From Perkinsus chesapeaki ATCC PRA-425 (taxonomy: Eukaryota; Protista; Perkinsozoa): a stretch of DNA of 51,485 nt. The notes under the pieces are model-generated. The model saw nothing but the letters and a program-made list of their open reading frames with translations. It was not told the DNA's origin and ran no database searches. The stretch covers positions 1-51,485 of the forward strand of contig JAAPAO010000219.1 in NCBI GenBank assembly GCA_013115145.1, written 5' to 3'. A program made the position numbers and the translations under genes. Of this stretch, positions 23,001 through 35,000 are shown piece by piece. Every line of letters begins with the position of its first letter. The first letter of the stretch is position 1.

Positions 23001-26000
23001 TTGCTTCGGAAAATCGCAGTACACCTCTCAACATCAAACTCCTTTCATGAAATCCACGGCGTAAAATATTCAATTATGATCAACTCGCCCAACGAATGGT
23101 CGATAGGTAGCAAAGTGATGGCGCCTCGTTTGTGTGGCTTACTGGATGATAAGCACAGCCGAACTTGTTGTTCTTGCCTGAGCCACATGTGTTTAGCAAG
23201 CAAGAGCCTTCGACCAGCAGTGGGAGTCGAGGAAGAAGTCGGGAGCAAGGAGGCAGATGCAGTTCTTTATTACCGAGTCTTCGTCTCCACGGCGTGTGGT
23301 CGAGTGGTGCAGATCCATTACAACACGAGACAGATTGAGAATGTGTGAGTGATCGATTTTACGAATTGTCTTCGTCGGTGCTGTTGTATACCTTCTCAAA
23401 GCTTATAAATACGTTTTTGTCTATGATGAAGTTGATGGTATATAATTGATAGATACGTGTACAGCTCAACATCAAATGCCAGTCATGTGTGATCAATAAG
23501 CTGTGTCTACTGTGATATTCCTCTGTTAGCTAGAATTATCTCTAGCTATTATAATCATTCTGAATTCACTAGAAGAGCGTACAATAATTATTAAATAGAA
23601 TTCAACAAAAATAACAAAAAAACAAATTCCGTGAAAATAAATACTATATTTCTAAAATATTTGTGAGGTACAGTAGAAATACTCTCTCTCTGTTAATTCC
23701 TGTTCCTTTGGCTTGTAGATTTCGCTTGCACGAGGATGGCTGCCCTATATGGGCCATATCTGTTACTGAAGGCTTCGTGTGCACGGCTGGAGGGGATGGC
23801 TTTGTCAGAGTTTGGCCCCTAGATTTCACCAACTACTATATGCAGGCGAAAGTGAGGGGAGCAATTAATTCCATCACACCGATCGAGTTCGGCATTTTCC
23901 TTGCGTAGAACCTTCGCAAAAATGATTTCGAAAAATGCGCTCAATAATAGGAACTTTGGCGGAAAGCATAAACTATTCTTAATGTGACGATGAAGTGGTG
24001 TTTGGGAAGGACTGGTGGTAACTCAAGGAACGACGGAGGACTCAAAAAGGCTTTATACAGAGTGGTACCAACCCTCCTGGGGCGGACCGTTTCACATGCA
24101 AGTATCTTGGCGAGCGAATTATCAATATATAGTAATACACACTGTCATCATCATCTTAGCCATTAGACAATACAAACAGCTCATCCATAACACGCCCCCC
24201 TACGGTGAGACATCACCGTCACAGGTTAAGGGGCACCAGTTCTCAGTGGTGAGATCAATCCATTCTTCTGGTTCACCATTACTCCACCGGATAAGAACTT
24301 CCATCAATCCACATTGATCAGCAACTTCTCCTTCGTACCAGTCACCTCGGCCTTCAGTATCGACAATCCATACCCGGAGCCGTAAACCAACGAGGCTCGG
24401 GCCCTGCTCGCGGGGAGTATAGTCAGACGGATGCCGAGAAAGAGGAACCACATTGTAGGAGTGTTCTACAGTACGGGCGCCAGTTGGATGAACGACCTCA
24501 ACACGATTGTTAAGGCGCTGCACCACATGGGCGATGACGAAAGGCAGAGCCAATTTACGGGGAGTGGGAATGTAAACCAGAACAGTAGAGCCCGGGTCAA
24601 GGTCGCCGTAACCAGCTCGTAGTCGGGGGTGAACATTCGCATTAGCTTTTTTGATACGCGACCAAACCTCGGAAAGGTAGACTTGTCTAGCTTGGCGACA
24701 AACTCGGTAAGGGAGCTGAGGAACCTCCAGCTTAACAGCAGCAGACGCACCAAGTGTCCGTACATGACCATAAGCCAGAAGGTCGGGACACAGGTAGCGG
24801 AGCTCCGGACCGCTCACAACATAGCCTCCTAAGGGCATGGTGTTGTGAGTGAGAGCCACACGGTCATAAAGGGTCTCACGGTCGACGGGGGAGAGTAGTC
24901 TTACGCGACCCGCACTATTGCGAGTGAGATTGCGCAAGTAGTTCAACATAGTACGATGATGGCGTTCATGGCTGCCGGTCCAGGGCGCATGACGGGAAAG
25001 TAACCGTACTTCAGCACAAAGCTTACTCCATGAACTCTCCCTAAACTCGCGGCTCCTAAAGTAGGAAGCGCAGTCGACCCATAAGATCTTCATACCACCA
25101 GTGATGACCTGAATGCGGGCCAGAGTAGATATAACATTGGCTGTGGTCTCGACACCGGAAGGCAGATCACGCCATATACAATGCCTAGTGAATCGGCACT
25201 GGACACTGACGGCTTTAATTCCTTCACCTAGCGCTATCACATCGGCAGTGGCAAAGGTATACGGTGGGTACTTGGACATCTCTTCTGTAGTGAGGTCACC
25301 ATTGCCCAAACCAGGCGGAGAGTGCCATCCTCGAACGGCATAGGCCAAGCGGCAAGCGATACATCCACCAATCACATCACGAGTCGCACTGACAATCGCA
25401 GTGAGGTGAAAGTGGTTAATGGCAGCCAAAGTACCGGACAACCCGCTATGAAGGGATCGGCGATGAGCATCCAATATAATCAACCGTCGCAGAATGGTTG
25501 CGCTCCGTGGGATGTAGAAGGATAGGATGGCCTCACCGGAAGGTAGGCCGCCGCGAAACACATAGACTTCTGGGCAATCCCGACTGCATAGTAGATGTAG
25601 AGGACCGCCGTCTTGGGGCTTGCAATCCCCGAGATAGCTAGCTGTAGCGCCAGTGCTAGACAACATACATTTTTGGGCGGACCGCGCAGCGATAGCAATA
25701 TTGCACCGGTCGTAGCAGCCAGTCTCGCCGAAGACGAAGTCAGCTTCCAATGTAGCCGACTCACCACGAGCCACAGCTCGCCAGGCTTTAAGAAGCAGCC
25801 TTATCAAGCGCACACGCCACAGGGCGGACTCCAAATCATAGCAGTTCCTCGCAATGCCCTCGATAATTGGCTCGGGGTCACAATGCTCAGTCCCACTGAC
25901 ACGTCGCACATCGGAGCTCACACGACCTATGGAGTCACGCGCGGAGAAAATGGTGCCGGCCGTCATCATAGTCATAGACAGGATGGAGGTAGAACGACAA

Positions 26001-29000
26001 TGGTCGTCAATGGTGAATAGTGAAGAGAGACCGTTTCTACACTCCGGCATATCCTCGTCGTCATCATCACGCAGTAGGCAGCACGAGTCGGAGACGAGCT
26101 GTAACAGGTCGGCATCGTCCACATTGGGGTCATCACCGAGGAAAATGTCCTCAGGCGAGGGCGAGCCCGGAAGCTGCCTCTCTGCATCAAAAATAGCACA
26201 ACACTGGTCCTCCAAGATCTCACGGGTATCTAACACGTCGCCCCCCTTGCGAGGAATTAGCACTTCACCTAGACAACGGTCGGCTGCATCCGTTACAGGC
26301 CTGTCTAAAAGGCGACTTAGAGCGTCCGCGTGAACATTAGAGGAGCCAGGAATGAACTCCAATGACAGGGTGCCGTGCTTCCGGATGACATTCAGCTCCG
26401 AACCGATAGAGTCGACCAGGCGAAAAAGAGCTCTCCTCTCGAGAACCTTCGATGACTGGAGCTTAAGAGAGCCAGATCGGATCCATGCCAGACTTGGCCG
26501 GTTATCAGACCGGAAACAAACGTCAACCGAAACGCCTCTTCGCCGCTTGCAAGCAGACTTGCAGCAGTACTCGGAGATCTCGGCGACCTTGCGAAGGGCC
26601 AGTAGACAAACACGTAGTTCTCGCCGGTTACTGGAGTGAAGGGTTTGACTACGAGTGAACCGCACAGCGTCCTCGTAAATCAGTTCACCATCGGAGTAGA
26701 TTGCATAACCCCCTCCGAACAGCGATGCGTCGCTACAGACCTCGAGCAATATAGGACCAGACATGACACGGCGGACTGCCACATCATGTGAGCAGGGTTG
26801 TGCCTCGAGCTTGCAGATCTCTTGGCCCCACCGAAGGATTTCAAGATAGGCGAGCCGAATGTCGGCGTCGAGCACCGCAAGGTCGCATGGCACATCCCAT
26901 CCTATGTCCGCGAAGTAACCTCCAATAACAGACCTTAGGACGTCAGCCAGCAACCTCGCACGAGCATGGAGCTTGGCACAGTCAAAGGATAGAAGACCAG
27001 ATACACCGAAGTAGTCCTTCTTGGTGAGCTTCTGAGAAAGCGGAGAGTCTTTCTGGAAGAAGTCGAGAGCTCGACCAACTCGTAGCGCACGGCGGCAATC
27101 TGTAGTCAGCAATGTCCGACCAGCCTTAGTGACATAGGAGAAGGCCACATTGAAGATCGTAATCGTATCTCCAACAATGGCGTCAACATTATACTCAGTG
27201 AAGACCGCCTGCATGCTTTTCACGTCCACGGCTGCCGTCGCAACTGCCAGCTTTTTCTCTTGCGAGAGGAAACCGGCTAGTGCCAGAAAGTATAGCAACT
27301 GGCAAAGGTCTCGGGCGACTGCAACGGGCATACCGGCAAGAACCAAGTCGTCGAAGTAGTCGTGGAGCCACGAGTCGGTCGCTGTATCACTGTCTCTGTA
27401 GCCGGCTACCCCAACGCCTAGTGTCCCGCGAAGCGCCAAAGGTCCGGCACCGATCCCGAAGGAAACTCGGGTGGTTATATACGTGCCATTGGCGGTCTTC
27501 ATGGTGATGTAGGCAGTACCAGACTCGGCACATATACGAACCGAGTAAAACGCCGACTTGATGTCGGCTGTGATAAGGGCGCAAGGGGCCACCAACCTTA
27601 TGGAGCACAGAATGTGATAGAGACTAGGGCCACCATGGAGAGATGCCGAAGGCAGGGCCGAATTGATCGGTCGCAGATCACATAAACGGCTCTTTACCGG
27701 CTGCGAAGGGTTGGCGCCACTGCTCACCAGGAACACATTGGCCACTGGAATCCTACATGGAGGTGCACTGCTGTTGCTGAACGGTGCTGCGACCCAGAAA
27801 CCCTTGGCCACAAAGTCGGAAACCAACTCGGAGTAGGATTGCTTCAAAGCGGCTGAGAGACGACGGTACATCGCTCCAGCGTAATCACTCACAGCGACTC
27901 GCGGAACAGTGAGCTTGGGAAGCCAAAGCTCGGCAACATAGGTCTGGTTCGGAACGTCGAGCCGTTCAGCTGGCAGCAGAGGGCGTACTCGAGTATGGTA
28001 AGACCCTGAACAGGACACATCCAACCATCCTCGGGACGCGATAGACCGCCAAAGTGCATGAAGCTCTGCTTCAGTGTGAGACGGAAGCTTCACCCTCACG
28101 GAGTCGGCGAGGACAGGGGCAGGAGAGATGACCGAGAAGTCGGAGGAGTCAACCTTCTTTGTAGATACGTCGGCATTGTAGAAGAGACCCTCCGTGTCGT
28201 CATCAGAGAGTGTTCGGAGACTTGCGCCTGTAGGACGACTAAGGACGCCTTTCTGGAGCATGCCGTACACCTGCCTATCAGCTATCCAGGCGCCCGATAC
28301 GCCTTTACAAAGAATCTGCCACTGATCGATGAGATCTCTGCCGACAAGGCAGTAAGGTTTCGGCCGGACGTCGTTGCTTGACGAGGCACCAGACTGCAAG
28401 GGGAGGAATCGAAAAGTGTGCTCGATGTTGCCGAACCACTCATGGCTAGAGATATCACGCACCGATACTGCAAGTTGAAAAAGGTTATGGACTTGAATAC
28501 AACGGCCGTCAGCTAACTGAACCTTTGCTGGGTTAGGAGCTGATGACGAGTCGAAGGGTAAGTGATCCAGAGGAGAAGTCGATACAAGATAAGATGCACT
28601 GGCACCGGTATCGACAATTCCGGTCACAAGAAGAGTATGAGATCCCTGGGTGAGGCACAAATCCAGGGAAACTTCAGACAAAGGGCGTTGTTGCTGAACA
28701 CCGGAAGGCGAGCTACCGAGACAGAGAGCATCGTCAGGGACACCGGGGAAATCAATACCGGCACGGGGCTCATCAGAATAGTGCGAACACGCAGAACCCT
28801 TAGAGGGGACCGTCACAAGGGCTTGCGAGACCGCCGTAGAAAGGGTCGAAGAACAAGAAGAGGAGATATATCTTGTAGGCTCAGAAGGGCCTTCGTGAGA
28901 GCTGCCTACTGGCTCGCACGGCCGCGAGAGTTTTTTGACTCCCTGTTGTAATCGGCGTCGAACTGCTTAACCCTGGAGTAGAGCTTACGATCAGTGAAGC

Positions 29001-32000
29001 AGTCGGTAGCAGCCGTCTCGCCAGCAGACCGGGTAGCAAACGCTAACAATGCATAGCGTTGCCCACGCCGGGAGGTCATATACTTAACTTCAGAGGCAGC
29101 ACCCAGTCCAGCAGAGTTCGCTGGGGCTTTCTCGAGCTTCTCGACACCAGGACCAGTAACAAAGAGCACATATGGTTGCTGACGAGCCCAATCCATGACA
29201 CCACGGTACTCCTTCTTGACGTTGGTGTTGCCAGAATCAGAAGTGTAAAGTAGCCTGTCACGGATATCCTTGGATCCCGCTTCTCGGTCGGGAAAACGAG
29301 AGGGCTTCCTGGCATCCGAAACAACTGTTAGTGACTGGCAAATGTCTCCAAGGATAGAGAGTATAGTCACCTCATTGGCCTTTCCGTCGAATGGTAGTCT
29401 CAATTGCCACTCTTTGGAAATGCTTTCCGGCTTCAGCAGTCTTGCGGTTTGGGTCACTTGCTTCACGAGATCAGCATAGACGTCAGATGGAAGGCACCGC
29501 AAGACGGAATTTATGAAGTGGACATTGTTAGCAGACCGAGGAGTACTCTGCGAATCAGCGTGACAGACGCTATTCGCCAGAATACGGAGTTGTCGAACAT
29601 CAGCCACGAAGGAGTCGAAGGACAAAGCACCACGAAAAGCGAGCTTCCCTGTTCTCCTACGAAGTTCGCGTCTGACATTATCGGGCCGGGAGAACTTGTC
29701 TAAAAGAACAGACTTCACTCTGTCCCAGTCGCCGCCAGCCTCATCGACAGTAGCATTAGCTTCGGCTATCACACCGTCATTGTCAGTCAAGGTATCAATG
29801 AGCTTCTCCACGAGGTGACCCTCAAGGTCGGTGTCTGGTGTGAACTTGCCGTCAACGAACTTGGCGAAGCCAGATGCGACGAACAACTGCTCAACTCGCT
29901 TGAAGTGAGTGGGTAGCAAGAAAGGATCCTTCAGTGCTTTGCTCGCAACTGAGAGGCCATTGATGTCAGCAATTCTGGCTCGCAAATCCGGCGGTTTGTG
30001 CAGTGCCGAAGTTAGTGCCGTAACCAAAGTCGAAAGACCACCATCCACCGGGGAAGTAGAAGTAACAGGGGGAGGTATGAAGGACTCCTTTGCAAGTTCG
30101 GATATCCTACATGTAGCTTGATCGGCTAACTTAGCCAATGCCTCGATATCATATTCGAGTTTTTCTTCCTTGGAGTAGAGGTCGGCGAGATCAGAGTCGT
30201 TAATACCATCTTCGTCGTCAAAGTTCAGACTGCGAGTCCGGTTCCTGATTTCCACCAGTTCTTTCATCTTACGGGTCCTTGAGCCACGAACTGTAGCTCT
30301 GAGCTTGGCGAGGCTCTCACGGTCGGGCGCGTTCTGAATGTCGACAGCTGTCACCATGTTTGGGAAGGACTGGTGGTAACTCAAGGAACGACGGAGGACT
30401 CAAAAAGGCTTTATACAGAGTGGTACCAACCCTCCTGGGGCGGACCGTTTCACATGCAAGTATCCTGGCGAGCGAATTATCAATATATAGTAATACACAC
30501 TGTCATCATCATCTTAGCCATTAGACAATACAAACAGCTCATCCATAACATGGATAACGTGTTCCTCAATAGAAGAAACATCATATATACTCCTCCGTTC
30601 GATACCCTTCTTCGAATCGACTTGTGCATCCCCATTATTCAGCTGCCGGCTCCCGTATACGGTCTGGATCTCACCCCAGATGACCTCCATTTGCTATGTT
30701 CGGTCGGAGATGGCAGCGTCGGTGTCCTTGACTTGGAATCTTGCAAGTGAGAGCTTTCCGTTTGGTTGATCCTCAGGCTTCGTCAGATACACGGTGGTGT
30801 CCCGATCACACAAGAGCAAGATTCGTTCAGCGACCTTGTCATCCTGCGGCACTAAGTTGTGCACAGCGGCGTGTGATGGGTCTGTGAGGGTTTGGGAGAT
30901 TGATAATGGTATTGCCAAGACGCTTGTGGAATTCAAGGCGGAATCGGTGGGTTTTCGGGTTTCGGATTTTCTTCGTCACTCTTTCATATCTTTCATCTTC
31001 CCAACGAAGTTGAAGTTACCCGTTCCAGACGGCGGTGGGGTGACAACTCGGATGCTTCCAAAGAGTCGTCCAAGCTCATAGGAATTGATCCCTTGGTACG
31101 ATAAAAAAGTGTTCGTAGAAAATATCCCCCGGTTACTGACGCGGAGGAGATGCAATAGAAATTATTCCAAAAATCATCTTCCTATGCTACAAACAGGAGA
31201 CATGGAATGCATTCGTTCTGTCTGGCCCAAGATCCTTTGTTCCCCTATCACTCCCTCTCAGGACACCCCTTCATCCCTGGCCTTCCAACCACCTTGTAAA
31301 ATCGATGCCGACGAGGTCCCTCTTCTCGCCGTTGGCTTTGCCTCTGGTGCAGTGATGCTGTTCGAGATCTCGCCAGAAGGAGAGGCGTCGCCGATTGTCG
31401 AGTTGAAGCAACATGCCCACCCTGGTGAGTGAGTCCATTTTCGTGGCGCGTGACCCTCTCCGCAGTTACATCGATTTCGTTCGCATCGGTTTCGCCGGCA
31501 ACGGTGCTGCTGCTGACGGGGGATGCAACTGGTCGAATTGTGGTTCACGATGAGGCGCGGAACTTCGAAGCGACACGGTGCCCGGATCCGGTGGTCTCGA
31601 AACCGATCCTACCGGTTGTTCCGGCGATGGAATCTCCGCAAGAAGTTCAGGTGTGTGCACGATGGGCTTTGGTATGCTGTGAAATGCAATTGCACATTCG
31701 TATCCTTTTATATTATGATGAATTTCTGACGACGAAAGAACTACTGTGTAGGATGACAGGATGAGTAGCTGGCAAGACCAGCTTGATATCAAGGAGCTCG
31801 GGAGGATGACTAAAACTGGCATCGTTATTAATCGAATATAGCCATTGTGAATGCGGTTAACGTTTCAGCGTCGGTAACTTGACAATTCTTTTTAATGACA
31901 GTATAAGATTTCTTCACCTGATCTCTAATTATTTATTATACTTCGGCTTGTCCTATTTCTTGGCCCAATTCCTACATGTCAGTGAAACTCTACCGGTTTA

Positions 32001-35000
32001 GGTCCAACCGCAAACGTTCGTTGTTCGGCCAGGGAGAGTTCAAGAAATGATAGCTTTGTATTCTCACGAAAGATGCATTGCGCTAGCTCAGCTACCCGAG
32101 TTTGAGCCCTTGAGGATGTTGAGAATCGGGCAACACCAGAGCGCAGCCGCGGCAATTACGGCTTACACGGTGGGTTGGGACATTTTACTGTATTGCCATT
32201 GTACTGTATTGCCGTTGGACTGTATTGCATTGTACTGTATTGCCATTAAGGTGCCCATACTACGTATTCGTACATGCAGCATTGCCTGAGCGATACTGTA
32301 GAGTGAACTCATCAATGTGTCACTCATTTCAGTTCTCGGCGGACGGCGCTCTCCTTATGGTGGGCCTCAGCGACTCCTGGATTAGAATATTTGATCCGGA
32401 GACAGGCATGCTGGAGCACTCCATCAACTGTGTTATGTCGGTAACAAGGATGAACGATGTCGGGCTGGTTGCGATATGCAATCCTACCAATGCAGCATTC
32501 GTGTCAATTATGTGATGTGATGGTGTCAATTCACAAGTGGCAGTAGCTAGTGACAGTTTGCTTCCTTAAGCGTGACCTCCGGTCTACTTCAAAGTATACT
32601 CCTTAAAAGTGGAAGCTCCCCGTACCTTGAACGCACCCTTCGGCAAGTCTATTCCGGTGGACATTTCTCTGACTCATATTTTCGTGGAGAGTATTATCGT
32701 GATATGGGTTCATGTAGGAAAAACGAAAACCCGAATCAACTCAACCTCGTTACATAAAAGTAAATGCTGCCTAGGAGCGTGTACAGTTCGCCATTGTAAC
32801 TAGTGAGAGTCAGTGAGGCCGACGGTTCTGCGAAAAGATGTTTGCCGGCTTCAGGGAATGATAACAGCGTTGTACATGAGCAGCATTTTGGGGGATTCTG
32901 ACGTTCGTAAGATCCTCACGGCGGGGCACCTGGACAATCAGCTTAGGATCAGCGACTATTACAGAGATGTAGGCTCTATGGGGTTGGACTTGATGGGGTA
33001 GGATTCGACTTGTCTTTGAGCTGCTGCCCCCTCCCCCCGCACTCTGACTCTTTGCGTGTCACGGGAGCATGGAGTTATACAGCCTCACGGGAATGTGTTG
33101 CTAGTGCGAAGACACATTAGTGGCTAGAAAATATGTAACCATGTCTTGGGGAAATATGTAACACATCCCGTCTGGGTCTTAGACTCTGGGGCCATCTGGT
33201 GTTCCTTCATGGCAGCATGTCTTATTGGTATCGGAACATATCCATATGGTCGCTTGAATGCCTCACGGAAGTTGATGAAAATCTTGAGGTCTTCGAGAAC
33301 TTTCGTCCGGAGCAGCGAACGTGTGAAGGTTTGGTGAGGAGATTTTTTAGGACTCAAAAGTCCGTTATTCTTCGCATATTCGGTCTCTTCACTTGACTTG
33401 ATTCGGCGGACGCTACGGCGTTAAGATATACCGTATTAGACTGTATCCTCATCTAACTACTTTATCGTCCACTTAAGTGATTCTTTGCTGCAGTAGCTGC
33501 TGACAAGACCCGAAGACTAGCTCGGAATCTTTTTTACAAAAAGCGATTCAGCATTGATATGGCACTTTTGAAGTGATAAATCCCCGTGCGTTCTTCAGGG
33601 AATCTATTTCATTATCTGTTTCTGAAGTGTCATACGCTGTTTCAGACCCGCAGCCAAGATCCTTTGCATCGTCCTAATGAACAGTCTTATCATGCTCATC
33701 ACTATCCTCCGTAAGCTTTAGTGTTCATATGAGTAATTGGGGCATTTAATAATTGTCATATATTGTTTCAACTAGAGTACTTATTAACTCATCGCTGCGA
33801 TGGGAAGGCCTGCGGGATATGATACCAGGACTTGCTTTTCAATCTGAAACTATTAGACCGTCTCGTATTAGACACCACGTACAGCAGAGTATAGATGGTA
33901 GATATGTCGCTGGAGCACGGATCAACCTAAGATGCATTGTCCCTCTATGTCCTCCAAAGGGTTGCTCTCGTCTTCGTTGGGATTATTATGGAATGCTGAG
34001 TGATTCGTTTGAGCAAGTTGCTCCCAGGAAATGAGTCCATCAGTGTTGGAATATAATGTTAATATATTATTAATAACCGTTGGGAGAGGCAGGACGACAC
34101 CTTCCCCTACCACGAGGGGGGAACACAATCGGACGTTCGCTTGGCCAACCTCCGACTGAGTGTCGGTTGTATTTATTATTTACATCCGTCAATTTGTAAA
34201 TACAGGATTATATGATATAATCTTCCTTATTCGATTGGAACCTGAAGCTCTAAACAGAATCGATAAAATAAATACACTCCTCAGTCCTGGAAGGTGCGGA
34301 AAACTTTGGGCGAAATTTCTTCTATATTTTCTTCCCTCGCCAATATGTGTAGTCGCATGCTTGTAGATATCTTATTCAGGCGAACTGTCTTTGCAGTCGG
34401 TCAGCTGCTTATCACAGTCAGTAACGCTGAGGTGTGTCTATGGGAGTGCCCTGATCCGGGCTTAAGCTCGGCGATTAACAGATTGCCGTTGAGAGAACTC
34501 CAGGATAAACCGCCGCCGGCTCAGAACCCGACAGAACCGCGCGGCGAGATGGTGGTTGTCGAGGGCCGTGGACTCTTCCAATCGGTCATTGAAGAGGAAA
34601 ATACGGCAGTGCCGGAGAGTCAGAAGCTTCCAGAAATTTTGGAAGAAAACTGTGAACCTGAAATTGACGATGTCGTGGAAGTGGCACGGCTCGATACTGG
34701 GGCAATCGTCGAAGAAGTCGTCACGAAAAAAGCGATATCAGTTGAGCGGAGCGAAGCTGCGGAGAAAATAAAATACAAGCGATTCTGTGGTGGAGGAGCC
34801 GCTGTGCTTTGGCTGAGCGAGCTGGGGCACCTTGCCACTGGATGCCATCGGTGGGTTCATCTCTGCAATTTGGTCGAAGATCGCGACAGCTATTTGATGG
34901 TTCCGGAAAAGTTACCGGGCCCCAACAGAGTGACATCACTCGACTTGAGCCCGTTGACGATGCGGACCTTACTTGCGCTCGCCGATGATGGTCGATGGAT

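Larger units (their letters stand above)
23999..30550 (-). mobile_element. Full-length BEL/Pao-like LTR retrotransposon (6,552 bp), antisense within a WDR90 intron
   Basis: Two 194-bp LTRs (TGTT..AACA), PBS, PPT, open gag and pol, and PR-RT-RH-IN order. Confidence 0.95.

Noticed and set aside
24200-28816. DIRS/tyrosine-recombinase or Ty1/Copia classification
   Set aside because: It has a DDE integrase after RNase H and direct TG..CA LTRs, which excludes both.
24431-29703. Many plus-strand ORFs over gag/pol
   Set aside because: Antisense shadows of GC-rich coding sequence with no motifs.
30373-30750. ORF running from the LTR into a WDR90 exon (LTR-host fusion protein)
   Set aside because: Non-ATG start, crosses intronic DNA, and the same LTR frame recurs at 24015; most likely chance.
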